Of a stretch of DNA of 64,000 nt, positions 31,967 through 41,049 are shown piece after piece. Each line of letters begins with the position of its first letter. Positions within the stretch are counted from its first letter, which is position 1. The notes below the pieces were generated by a model, which was not told where the DNA came from, did not search any database, and saw only the letters and a program-made list of their open reading frames with translations. This stretch comes from Candidatus Hydrogenedentota bacterium. GTDB taxonomy: Bacteria; Hydrogenedentota; Hydrogenedentia; Hydrogenedentales; SLHB01. The stretch lies in the NCBI GenBank assembly GCA_963745075.1, contig CAVUWV010000008.1, positions 480,001-544,000 on the forward strand. Reading direction: 5' to 3'. The position numbers and the translations under genes were made by a program.

Positions 31967-32063
31967 CCATTTATTCCGTCATGACTATTCGTTGTAACTC
32001 GACTGAACAGAATAAAATAAATGGTTACTGTCCCCATTTTTCCCATCCATTTTTCCCATTTTT
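31929..32063. mobile_element. 135-bp MITE/REP-like element with ~47-bp terminal inverted repeats
   Basis: aaaaatgggaaaaatgg-tgggaaaaatggggacagtaaccatttatt, a 40-bp spacer, then its reverse complement with a 1-bp indel. AT-rich within a GC-rich context. Confidence 0.8.
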
Positions 32064-32075
32064 CCGGGTAATGCG

Positions 32076-32663
32076 ATGAATGGTCGAGACCTTGCCACTT
32101 CGGGGATCATCTACGTTTGCGCGTTACTTCTGCTCCAACTGTGGTTGATCGGACCACGACAGGATCGCATTCGGAAGTCCTTCGCGAATGCGCTGCGCAT
32201 ACCGCTGCGGCTTGCGGCGCCTGTGTCGTTGCTGCACGCCGCCATCGCCGTGTTCGGTGTTCCGGTGTGGAAAGGCTACGCAGCCTACGGCGCGCTGGAC
32301 GTACTGCTCACGGTGTTCGTCGGGTTTCCCGTCCCGCTGACGTCAGCCGTGCTGCAGTGGGTGCTCGGCTGGCCGAGCTTCGACGAATGGCAGCCGGAAC
32401 GCCGTTCGATCTTCACCCCCGAAAAAGAACCGTTGCCCGAACCGGCGGCGGCGCCTCCCGAATCGCAGCAGGAACCACCGCGCGAAAGTACATTGGTGGG
32501 ACGCACCGGCGTTGCCGTGACCCCGCTCGCACCTGCGGGAAAAGTGCGCGTGGATGGCCAAACGTACGCGGCCCATTCGGACGGACAGTTCATCGACCGG
32601 GACATGCCCGTCCGGGTCGTCGGCGAAGACGGTTTCGGCGCGCTGGCCGTGGAGCCGGAGTGA
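32076..32663 (+). CDS. Membrane protein with C-terminal NfeD-like OB domain
   Basis: N-terminal TM segments, then LVGRTGVAVTPLAPAGKVRVDG...A.S.G.FI. Confidence 0.8.
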   Translation: MNGRDLATSGIIYVCALLLLQLWLIGPRQDRIRKSFANALRIPLRLAAPVSLLHAAIAVFGVPVWKGYAAYGALDVLLTVFVGFPVPLTSAVLQWVLGWPSFDEWQPERRSIFTPEKEPLPEPAAAPPESQQEPPRESTLVGRTGVAVTPLAPAGKVRVDGQTYAAHSDGQFIDRDMPVRVVGEDGFGALAVEPE

Positions 32664-32731
32664 CGTTGGGATCGCCCAGTAAGAGATATCGCTGAGAGTT
32701 AGTGCTATTCCAAACTATCCCGATCGGTCGA

Positions 32732-34552
32732 TCAGTTCCCCTTCTTCCACTTCTTGATGAATTCCTTTCGCTCGCCGGGGGCGGACTGGAAGAGCGGGCC
32801 CTTGTCGCTGAGGCTTTGGCGGATACCGGTCAGTTCGTTGAGCGTGTACGCGAGGCGAAGCATGACGTAAGGCTCTTTTTCGTCATCAAACAGTTTGGCA
32901 AGCTTCTTGAAGTCTTTGTCCGTGACGACGGTGGTCAAGGCGTAGGAAGCGCGGTCGCGCACAGAGGCCGGGGCGTCCGATTCGAGAATGTCCAGCGTCG
33001 TGTCGTGAGTCAGCTCCGCCGGCGCGTGGAACTGGAGGGCGCCGATCAGTTTGACGCGCGTTTCGTCGTCTTGGCTCTTGTCCCGCGCCTGTTCGGCGAC
33101 CTTATCCGCGAGGTCTTCCGGCATGGCGACTTCGAGCGCGCGGGCCACGTAGCGGCGCACGGCCAAATCGTCGTCGGTCAAGTAAGGCAGAAGATCCGCA
33201 GCCACGTCGCCATTGCCAATCAGGCTCAGCGCCTGGGCCGCTGCTTGCCGTACGGCGGCATCCTTTCCCGCGAGATACGGGACGAGCGCGGGCGCGGCCG
33301 GATCGTAGATCATCGCCGCCAGCTCCTCCATGCCCGCGATGAGATCGGCGCCCTGCTTGTTGGGCAGCGCCGCGAGCGCGGCCTGGGGGATGGCTTCGTC
33401 CTGCCAGCGGATGACGTGGTCGAACAGCACGAACTCCTTCTTCTCGGGTGACCAGCAGAACGTACGCACGTTGATGCGGTCGAGCTTACATTCGACGAGC
33501 GTGTAGGTTGGTTTCGACAGCGGCACGTGATAGTCGGAAACTGCCGTCCACCAGTCGGGATAGTTGCCGCCGATGTCACCGCCGTTGACGACGTACAGCA
33601 CGCCATCGCGATCGTCGCGCTTGTTGTCGCGCAGAGGATAGGCGCGTTCGTAGATGTGCGTATGGCCCGCCAGGTCCACGTCTACGTCGTGTTTGTCAAA
33701 AACCTCGCGCAAATTCGCCATGTCGTCGCTGGGTTCTTTGCGGCTGTTTTCGGGCCCTTCATAGCCCGTGCAATAGATGGGGAAATGCTGCATGACGCAC
33801 ACGTAGGGCGAATCTACCTTGTCGAGGTGGGTATCGAGCCACTGGACTGCGTCCGCTTGCTGGGTGCCCAAAGTTTGTTCAAATGACAGGAGCACGATGT
33901 GGGTATTGCCCCAGTCAAAGAACCCGTAGGGTTCGCCGCCGGGCACTTCGTGATACTTGCCGAACCAGTCGTTTTCCACGTCGTTGAGCATGGACCCTTC
34001 GTGATTGCCGCGCGCCGTGGCCACCATGTACTTGCCGTTCAACCGCGCGAAGCGCCGGAAATGTTCGGGCCACAAGTCGTACTCGTGGCCGCGGCCGACC
34101 AGGTCGCCGTTAATAATGAAGAACTCGGGATGCCATTGCAGGACGTGATCCCACATGTGGGTCTCTTCGACCATGTCGTCCCAGCGGCGCGTATCGCCGA
34201 ACGCCACGAAGGTGATTTCACGGTTGGGGTCCTTCGGAGGAGCGGTCTTGAACGTGTTGGTGTAAACCGTGTCTCCTGCGTGGACCCGGTAGGAATAGGA
34301 CGTGTCGGGTTGGAGGCCCGTAATGCGGACGCGCCGAATCATCTCCTCTTCGGGGTTGGTTGCTTTCTGGTCGTACGATCCTTCCGGTCCGTACTCGACA
34401 ACCGCCGGGCCCTCCTCTTCGGTTTGATAGATGATCGTGACGCCGTCCGGTGTGACGTCTTGAAGATGGGGCGCCACGTAGAAACTGTCGGCCCACACAA
34501 ACGGCGCGAGCGCGAGCGCGACGACAATACACGCGGATTTGATTGTGCGCAT
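32732..34552 (-). CDS. Secreted purple-acid-phosphatase-like metallophosphoesterase with FN3 domain and C-terminal HEAT repeats
   Basis: Signal peptide, GLQPDTSYSY, GD, GDLV, GNHE, HFP and GHTHIYER; HEAT-like VRQAAAQALS and VRRYVARAL repeats. Confidence 0.88.
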   Translation of the reverse strand: MRTIKSACIVVALALAPFVWADSFYVAPHLQDVTPDGVTIIYQTEEEGPAVVEYGPEGSYDQKATNPEEEMIRRVRITGLQPDTSYSYRVHAGDTVYTNTFKTAPPKDPNREITFVAFGDTRRWDDMVEETHMWDHVLQWHPEFFIINGDLVGRGHEYDLWPEHFRRFARLNGKYMVATARGNHEGSMLNDVENDWFGKYHEVPGGEPYGFFDWGNTHIVLLSFEQTLGTQQADAVQWLDTHLDKVDSPYVCVMQHFPIYCTGYEGPENSRKEPSDDMANLREVFDKHDVDVDLAGHTHIYERAYPLRDNKRDDRDGVLYVVNGGDIGGNYPDWWTAVSDYHVPLSKPTYTLVECKLDRINVRTFCWSPEKKEFVLFDHVIRWQDEAIPQAALAALPNKQGADLIAGMEELAAMIYDPAAPALVPYLAGKDAAVRQAAAQALSLIGNGDVAADLLPYLTDDDLAVRRYVARALEVAMPEDLADKVAEQARDKSQDDETRVKLIGALQFHAPAELTHDTTLDILESDAPASVRDRASYALTTVVTDKDFKKLAKLFDDEKEPYVMLRLAYTLNELTGIRQSLSDKGPLFQSAPGERKEFIKKWKKGN

Positions 34553-34623
34553 GATTCGATTCCTTTCACTGAATTTGCAGTAGAAACGTGAGGCAACGGT
34601 AAGCGGCGAACGTTACAGTACGA

Positions 34624-35223
34624 TTAGAGTGCCCGTTCGGCCGTCCCCGTCAGCCACCATTGACGGACCCGCCGTTGTTTCGGACGCCGCACCAGACCGG
34701 CGTCGTCCATGCCTTCGTAGAACGATTCAGCGGTGAAAATACCAGATTCCGGGTGGATGAGGAAAATCCGGGTCAAGGGATGGCCGACAAAATCGCGCAG
34801 GAACTCCTCGTACGCGAACAAGCCGCCTGGTTTCAGCACCCGGGCCACCTCGCGCAGCGTTTGCCGCCAGTCGTGCATGTGATGGAGGATAGCGAACTCG
34901 ACCACAGCGTCGAACTGGTTGTCGGGGAACGGGAGACGTTCGCCGTCGGCAAGGAAGAGCGTGAATTCGTTGGAGTGGCGCCGACGCAGCCGTTTCCGCG
35001 CCCGGCGAACCTGGTCCGGGTCGTAATCGAAGGCGAACACCCGTTCTGCGCCGGACGCGTGTAACAGCGATTCCGTCCCCGCTCCCTGTCCGCACCCGAT
35101 CTCGAGGACGCGTCTGCCGCGCAGATCGCCAATGTTGCGAAACAGGCGATGGGTCAACACCTGCAACATCCCGGAGCGGATTGGGTTGTTGACCATGAGC
35201 TTTTCGAGGGTGTTCATCTTCAT
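34624..35223 (-). CDS. Class I SAM-dependent methyltransferase
   Basis: VLEIGCGQG, LPFPDNQFD and RVLKPGG. Confidence 0.92.
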   Translation of the reverse strand: MKMNTLEKLMVNNPIRSGMLQVLTHRLFRNIGDLRGRRVLEIGCGQGAGTESLLHASGAERVFAFDYDPDQVRRARKRLRRRHSNEFTLFLADGERLPFPDNQFDAVVEFAILHHMHDWRQTLREVARVLKPGGLFAYEEFLRDFVGHPLTRIFLIHPESGIFTAESFYEGMDDAGLVRRPKQRRVRQWWLTGTAERAL

Positions 35224-35257
35224 GATAGAGAATCAGGTCCGGCAAACTGTTACTGGG

Positions 35258-35704
35258 TCACGGAAGGTGTTCGAGGTCGTCCAGATCTTTGAAGCGGTTG
35301 GCGGCGCGCTTGTTGGCCTTCAGGTCTTCGAGGTCAATTATGTTGACGTCGAAACCGCGCACGTCCACGCGTTGTCGGCGTTTGTAACAGGATTCAAAGT
35401 CAACGCCGGATACACCAGTCTGGATCTCGATTCGTAGAGGGGGCACCCCCATCCGCGCAATCTTGCCTTCTTCGAGAAACAGATCGGGCGTCAAATCCGG
35501 TGTGTTCATTCCGAACCGGCGCAACGCTCTTACCACCTTTTCCGCGTTGATAGGATTGACGGCAATCCAGACGTCTAAATCGGCGGTCGCGCGGGCGTAG
35601 CCGTAGAAGCCGACCGCATACCCGCCGATCAGGAGGTAGTCAACCTTCTCCTCTTCGAACGACTTCAAGAACTCGTTGAAATCTGGGGGGAGTGGTATAG
35701 CCAT
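35258..35704 (-). CDS. Minimal nucleotidyltransferase-fold protein
   Basis: YLLIGGYAV...RATADLDVW and LKANKRAANRFKDLDDLE. Start placed at MAIPLPPDF. Confidence 0.85.
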   Translation of the reverse strand: MAIPLPPDFNEFLKSFEEEKVDYLLIGGYAVGFYGYARATADLDVWIAVNPINAEKVVRALRRFGMNTPDLTPDLFLEEGKIARMGVPPLRIEIQTGVSGVDFESCYKRRQRVDVRGFDVNIIDLEDLKANKRAANRFKDLDDLEHLP

Positions 35705-35858
35705 AAACAATCCGCCGGTTGATTTCGACCGCTTCCAGGCGTTCCTCGGGCGTCTTCGACCACCAGTACTCTTTATCGTCGGCGTCATGCAGGTTGACCA
35801 CCGAAAAGACTGTCCGGTCGACGCGCAATTCGCTTGCGTCTGTGTCGTTCGGTTCCAT
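35640..35858 (-). CDS. Small (72 aa) partner protein overlapping the nucleotidyltransferase, putative antitoxin-like
   Basis: RVDRTVFSVV...EYWWSKTPEERLEAVEINRR...RFQRVLEVV; overlaps the NTase start. Confidence 0.75.
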   Translation of the reverse strand: MEPNDTDASELRVDRTVFSVVNLHDADDKEYWWSKTPEERLEAVEINRRIVYGYTTPPRFQRVLEVVRRGEG

Positions 35859-35910
35859 GGAGTTACTATACCTGTGTGTGGAGCGAGAATTCGAGCAACG
35901 ACGCCGGGTC

Positions 35911-35978
35911 CAAATTCGAAATCCGAAGCACGAAATCCGAAACAAATCCCAATGTTCCAAATGGGGAAATGGCCAAAA
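35911..35978. repeat. Heptamer-type short tandem repeat
   Basis: caaattc gaaatcc gaagcac gaaatcc gaaacaa atcccaa..., decaying to the right. Confidence 0.7.
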
Positions 35979-36035
35979 ACTCGGGCGGTCAGCCCATCTG
36001 ATCCCAATGGCACCGGCTACGAGTCGAAGTTTTTT

Positions 36036-36137
36036 GCCCCCGACGGGGCAACGGAATTAAGCCCTAGGGTGTAGCGAGGTACGAGCGGAACCCTGGGTCA
36101 GGCGTCCATCCCCACCACAAAGCCCCCGAACGGGGGC
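36036..36137. repeat. REP-like multi-hairpin element
   Basis: Hairpins gcccccgacggggc and gcccccgaacgggggc flank a central cctagggt...accctggg stem. Confidence 0.7.
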
Positions 36138-36188
36138 GCAGGAATCGTTAATCCCAGATGCACCATTCGTCGCGTTGCAGGTTCCCGG

Positions 36189-36884
36189 CTAACCGGCTGA
36201 GGACATGGTCAGCGAGTAGTTGAGAAAGACTTCGACTTCCTTGTCGTTGACCTGGCGCACGTAGACGGGGCTTTCGAGGCCTTCCAATTTCACGTTGCGG
36301 CCGAAGGCGTCGCCCGTGGCCCCTATCGTGTCGGTTAATTGTTGTACCATCCTCTTGAGCAACTTGGACCGGTACTGCTCGGGATTCTCCACGGCGAGTT
36401 GGAGGTTGCCCAATTCGCATTCGATTTTCTCGGGCAGGACGATGGAGTCGAGGAACCGGGCCGCGTCCGCCCCCGCGGCGAAGATGTCGTCGCGGTCTTC
36501 CGATAGCGGTACGAGCACGTACAGGTCGGCGCCGGCCGCGGGTTGTGCCCACGAACCGGAGCTGATGCCGAAGCCCTTTCTCCGTTGGGTCAATTCGGCG
36601 ACGCCGGTTTGGACCTTGAAGATACCGGACTCGTCGGCTTTCTGGGTGATGGTGGCGATGGCTTCCCGGGTATTCTCGTAGGACGTGGCCGTGTCCTTCT
36701 CCTGGCTCGTCACGTGAACGGGAACGGAGACGTAGTCGGCGGGAACGGTCAGGCTAATCGCAACCGTGCGGGGTTCGGGGGCGGCTACCACGATGATGGT
36801 TCCGCTGGCGGAACCGGAACTCAGGTCCGCAAACGCCGGAACGGCGAGCGCGATCATCGGAAGGACGAATGCGAGCGCTTTCAC
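36189..36884 (-). CDS. Secreted hypothetical protein, possibly SIMPL/DUF541-like
   Basis: Signal peptide (AFA). VPADYVSV...ENPEQYRSKLL loosely recalls SIMPL domains. Confidence 0.65.
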   Translation of the reverse strand: MKALAFVLPMIALAVPAFADLSSGSASGTIIVVAAPEPRTVAISLTVPADYVSVPVHVTSQEKDTATSYENTREAIATITQKADESGIFKVQTGVAELTQRRKGFGISSGSWAQPAAGADLYVLVPLSEDRDDIFAAGADAARFLDSIVLPEKIECELGNLQLAVENPEQYRSKLLKRMVQQLTDTIGATGDAFGRNVKLEGLESPVYVRQVNDKEVEVFLNYSLTMSSAG

Positions 36885-37223
36885 TGTAGGTTCTCCTTCT
36901 CAAGGTGATGGTTGGGGGCGGGAATTTCCGATGTATAGCGAATATACAATAATAGTGGAAAACGCGTTGGACCGTCGATCTATTGCATTTTGCCCCGGAC
37001 GGTTCAGGGTTTTCTTTCATTTCCTCGCGGTTTCATGGCACAATTTCCCGGAATTGTCCCAGTCATTCATAGGTTTTGGTTTGCGCATCGTGATGTTTCC
37101 ATAACAGCGGGACCCGCAGCCGGCGAACGCGTCGTATTGCGTTTCGTGGGGTTCCGTGCGCATACGCCGCAATACTTTACAAAGGGCGACGCCGCCTGCC
37201 ACGAACGTAATTCAGGAGCAACC

Positions 37224-39140
37224 ATGAGCAGCATCAGCGTGAAATTGCCGGATGGTTCCGCCAAGGAACTGGAATCGGGGAGTACCGCCCTGGATTTGGC
37301 CAAGGGCATCGGACCGCGGTTGGCCAAGGCGGCTACCGGTGCGCGGATCAATGGCGAAGTAAAGAGCTTGCCCACGCCGCTGCAGGACGGTGACTCGGTC
37401 GAGATCCTGACCTTCGACTCCCAGGACGGGCGGAACGTATTCCGGCACAGCGCGTCGCACGTGATGGCCTCGGCGATCATGCGGTTGCGGCCCGGGACCA
37501 AGCTGGCCATCGGTCCGGCCATCGAGGACGGATTCTACTACGACATCGATACCGACCCGCCCATTTCGGAAGAGGATTTCCCGGTCATCGAAGCCGAGAT
37601 GGCGAAGATCGTGAAAGAGGATGAGACCTTCGAGCGCCAAGAGGTGTCGAAGTCCGACGCGCTAGAGCGGTTTAAGTCCAACGACGACGCGTACAAGGTC
37701 GAGCTGATCGAGGATCTCGAAGACGGGACCATCACCTACTACCGGAACGGCGACTTTACCGATCTGTGCCGTGGGCCGCACCTGCCGTCCACCGGGCGAA
37801 TCAAGGCCTTCAAACTGCTCAGCGTGGCCGGGGCCTATTGGCGCGGCGACGAGCGGCGCCCCATGTTGCAGCGGATTTACGGGACTGCCTTTCCGAGCAA
37901 AAAGGAGTTGGACGAGTACCTGAAATTCCGGGAAGAGGCCGAGAAACGCGACCACCGCAAACTGGGCAAGCAACTCGATCTGTTCAGCTTCCACTCCGTC
38001 GGCCCGGGGTTCCCGTTCTTCCATCCCAAGGGGATGATCGTGCTGAACGCGCTGATGGAATTCTGGCGCGAGGAGCATCGCAAACGCGGATACGACGAAA
38101 TCCGCACCCCCATCATCCTCGAACGGGTTCTGTGGGAACAGTCGGGCCACTGGGACCACTACAAGGAAAACATGTACTTCACCCAGATCGACGACCGCGA
38201 TTTCGCGGTTAAACCGATGAACTGCCCCGGTGGCATGTTGGTGTACAAGTCGGACTTGCGGAGCTATCGCGACCTGCCCATGCGCATGGCCGAGGTGGGC
38301 ACCGTGCACCGCCACGAGAAGTCCGGCGTGCTCCACGGCCTGTCGCGCGTGCGTATGTTCACCCAGGACGACGCCCATCTTTTCATCACACCCGAACAGA
38401 TTCGCGACGAGGTGATCGGCATCATCGATTTCGTGGACCATGTGTACAAGGCCTTCGGCTTCGACTACCACGTCGAGTTGAGCACCCGCCCCGAGGATTC
38501 CATCGGCACCGATGAAATGTGGGAGACCGCGACTTCGGGATTGAAAGATGCCCTGGATGCCAAAGGCATGGACTACAAGATCAACGAAGGCGACGGAGCG
38601 TTCTACGGACCGAAGATCGATTTTCATATCAAGGACTGCCTGAAGCGTTCCTGGCAGTGCGCCACCATCCAGCTCGATTACGGCATGCCGGAAAAGTTCG
38701 ATCTCGAATACACCGGGTCCGACGGCGAACGTCATCGGCCGGTGGTCATTCACCGCGTGATCTACGGCTCCATCGAACGGTTCTTCGGCATTCTGATCGA
38801 ACACTTTGCGGGAGCCTTTCCGTTGTGGCTGGCGCCCGTCCAGGCCGTGGTCGTGCCCGTCGCCTCCGCCTTTGACGAGTATGCCAAGTCCGTACGGGAT
38901 CGCCTGTTTGCTGCCGGGCTTCGCGTGGAACTCGACGACAGCACCGAGACCATGAAGTACAAGATCCGGTCCGCCCAGACCAAACAAGTCCCCTACATGC
39001 TCGTTGTCGGCGAACGCGAACAAGGCAGCGATTCCGTCGCCATCCGCCACCGCCGCAAGGGGGACATCGGAGCGGTGTCCGTGACCGAACTCATCGCCCG
39101 GCTCACGGACGAGGTCGCCAGCCGCAGCCTGGACGAATAA
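37224..39140 (+). CDS. thrS: Threonine--tRNA ligase
   Basis: TGS domain, RHSASH, DLCRGPH, RDHRKLG, KPMNCP and FYGPKIDF; SD caggag. Confidence 0.98.
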   Translation: MSSISVKLPDGSAKELESGSTALDLAKGIGPRLAKAATGARINGEVKSLPTPLQDGDSVEILTFDSQDGRNVFRHSASHVMASAIMRLRPGTKLAIGPAIEDGFYYDIDTDPPISEEDFPVIEAEMAKIVKEDETFERQEVSKSDALERFKSNDDAYKVELIEDLEDGTITYYRNGDFTDLCRGPHLPSTGRIKAFKLLSVAGAYWRGDERRPMLQRIYGTAFPSKKELDEYLKFREEAEKRDHRKLGKQLDLFSFHSVGPGFPFFHPKGMIVLNALMEFWREEHRKRGYDEIRTPIILERVLWEQSGHWDHYKENMYFTQIDDRDFAVKPMNCPGGMLVYKSDLRSYRDLPMRMAEVGTVHRHEKSGVLHGLSRVRMFTQDDAHLFITPEQIRDEVIGIIDFVDHVYKAFGFDYHVELSTRPEDSIGTDEMWETATSGLKDALDAKGMDYKINEGDGAFYGPKIDFHIKDCLKRSWQCATIQLDYGMPEKFDLEYTGSDGERHRPVVIHRVIYGSIERFFGILIEHFAGAFPLWLAPVQAVVVPVASAFDEYAKSVRDRLFAAGLRVELDDSTETMKYKIRSAQTKQVPYMLVVGEREQGSDSVAIRHRRKGDIGAVSVTELIARLTDEVASRSLDE

Positions 39141-39155
39141 GGCGCGACAGCGAGT

Positions 39156-39187
39156 ATGGACTATGGACTGCATGGACCGGATGGACG
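39156..39187. repeat. ATGGAC-core short tandem repeat, four units
   Basis: atggact atggactgc atggaccgg atggacg just after the thrS stop. Confidence 0.6.
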
Positions 39188-39392
39188 TTGACCGGTTTTC
39201 GTCAGCATTTCCCGGTCTTCTCCCGTAAGTACTGGTTCGAAAGCCCACTCCCCAACACTCTCCAAAACGTGTATACTGTTAAAAGCAAGTGGTGGAAGGG
39301 CGTGACAAACGCCCTCCGTTGTTCATACGACGCGGGTCGTGTCCTGACTGTGCCTCGGTATCGCGAAGGTTGGGTTCATGGGAGGATTGCCT

Positions 39393-39743
39393 ATGGCGCT
39401 CGGTGGGTTGACTTCGAATTGTATCAACCACCCCGGAGTAGAGGCGGTGGGCCGGTGTAAGCAGTGCGGCAAACCGTTCTGCAATTCCTGCAAGATAATG
39501 GGTCCGACGGGGTTGTTTTGTTCGGAAGAATGCAAGCAAAAGCACGAGACGTTCGTACAGCGGGCCCAGCAATTCGAGTCCCGGAAGGGATCGGTCAGTA
39601 TCATGGCCAAGGTCCGCAAGATCCTTGGCGGTCTTATCGCGATCATTATCGTAGCAATCATACTGGGCGTAGTCGGCACCCTCATCGACGTTCCCATCTT
39701 GAGCGATCTTGTTCTGCGCGTTCGCGAATTCATAGGGACGTAG
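39393..39743 (+). CDS. B-box-like zinc-finger membrane protein
   Basis: CINHP...CKQCGKPFCNSC...FCSEEC and a C-terminal TM helix; SD ggagg. Confidence 0.8.
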   Translation: MALGGLTSNCINHPGVEAVGRCKQCGKPFCNSCKIMGPTGLFCSEECKQKHETFVQRAQQFESRKGSVSIMAKVRKILGGLIAIIIVAIILGVVGTLIDVPILSDLVLRVREFIGT

Positions 39744-39752
39744 GAGGCAATC

Positions 39753-40208
39753 ATGGATCTGAGTGGACTGAAGTGGCCCTTGATCATCGGGGTCGTCATC
39801 CTCGCGTTCTGGCTGGTATCGGAAGGCGGCGTCAACTTTATGTACAAGCGATTCACGGCAACGTCGGTCGACCAGCAGGATGCAAACCAGCAGGTCGCGT
39901 ATGAAGCCGGGTTAAGCCGTTTGGGCGGATTCCTGCTCAAAACGTTTCGATATAAGAGAGCCGAGGAAGTGTTGACGGAGGCGGTGACGCGGTATCCGGA
40001 AGGCAAGAACTATCTGTATAATCGATACCGTCTCGCGAAATGCGCGGAAAAGCTGGGGCGTTACGCGGATTCGGTGGCGATTCTCCAGAATTTGCGGGAC
40101 CTCGGCGCGCATCAATACGACGACCGCGTGCCGGATAAGGACGTGCTGCAACTTCGCATCGATAAACTGGCGGAAACCAATGAGTTGGGAGAAGTCGGAA
40201 GCGTATAG
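39753..40208 (+). CDS. Membrane-anchored TPR-like protein
   Basis: N-terminal TM helix and helical repeats (RYPEG, YRLAKCAEKLGRY); SD aggagg. Confidence 0.75.
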   Translation: MDLSGLKWPLIIGVVILAFWLVSEGGVNFMYKRFTATSVDQQDANQQVAYEAGLSRLGGFLLKTFRYKRAEEVLTEAVTRYPEGKNYLYNRYRLAKCAEKLGRYADSVAILQNLRDLGAHQYDDRVPDKDVLQLRIDKLAETNELGEVGSV

Positions 40209-40214
40209 CGTGAC

Positions 40215-40985
40215 TTGCCGATGGTGCATCGGGCTGAGAACCGGAGTGGGGACAGTATCTTGCAGGACCGGGTGATCGGCCGAATTCCAGTATTGGAGTG
40301 CCTGCGCGCGAAAAAGCGAACCGCGCGCAGGCTCTTTTTGTTGCGCGACGGAAAAGGGCTGGACGCCATCCGGTCGGCTGCGGGAGGAATCCCTGTGGAA
40401 GCGTGTTCGCGAGGCGAACTCGATTCCATGGCCAAAGGCGCGACGCATCAGGGCGTCGTGTTGGAGGCCGATCCCATCCCGCGTGTGGCGCTCGAAGCGT
40501 GGCTCGCGCAGTCCCTGGCACCCGACGCCGTGATCGTAATCCTCGACGGCGTCGAAGATCCGCACAATTTCGGCGCCATCGTTCGGTCCGCGTCCGCGTG
40601 CGGCGCCAGTGCCGTGATGTTTGGAAAAGATCGGTCGGCGCCGCTTTCCGCCGCCGCTACGAAGAGCGCGGCCGGTGCCATGGAGTACATCGATCTCATT
40701 GAGGTGACCAACCTGGTACGCGCGGTGGAAGCGTTGAAGAAAGCGGGATTCTGGATTGCCGGCCTCGACGCGAACGCGGATAAGGACCTGTGGGACGCCG
40801 ATCTCACCGGGAAAGTCGGACTGGTGATCGGTAGTGAAGGCAAAGGCGTGCGCCGCCTCGTAGCAAAGCAGTGCGACTTTCACCTGCGGATCCCACTGAC
40901 GGGCCCGATCACGTCGTTGAATGCATCGGTAAGCGCGGCCATCGCGCTGGCGGAATGCCTGCGGCAGCGGCGCGTCAAAGCTTGA
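40215..40985 (+). CDS. rlmB: 23S rRNA (guanosine-2251-2'-O)-methyltransferase
   Basis: HQGVV, LDGVEDPHNFGAIVRSA, IGSEGKG and SLNASVS (SPOUT). Exact start uncertain. Confidence 0.93.
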   Translation: MPMVHRAENRSGDSILQDRVIGRIPVLECLRAKKRTARRLFLLRDGKGLDAIRSAAGGIPVEACSRGELDSMAKGATHQGVVLEADPIPRVALEAWLAQSLAPDAVIVILDGVEDPHNFGAIVRSASACGASAVMFGKDRSAPLSAAATKSAAGAMEYIDLIEVTNLVRAVEALKKAGFWIAGLDANADKDLWDADLTGKVGLVIGSEGKGVRRLVAKQCDFHLRIPLTGPITSLNASVSAAIALAECLRQRRVKA

Positions 40986-41049
40986 GCATGGCGCTCCCAG
41001 TGCAATTCGGTATACTACATCGCGGCAATCGGTTATCGAGGGGTAATCC

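Noticed and set aside
31921..32065. AAAAATGGG repeats as a possible CRISPR array or telomere-like tract
   Set aside because: There are no unique spacers and no cas genes. The repeats are the arms of an inverted-repeat element.
35860..36013. N-terminal extensions of ORFs 35258-36013 and 35640-35960 in the ORF track
   Set aside because: The extensions translate the heptamer repeat (FGFRASDFEF). The real starts are more likely 35704 and 35858.
36990..37223. 78-aa N-terminal extension of thrS, or a T-box leader
   Set aside because: A good SD precedes ATG 37224, and I saw no T-box consensus (AAGGTGGxACC) or terminator.
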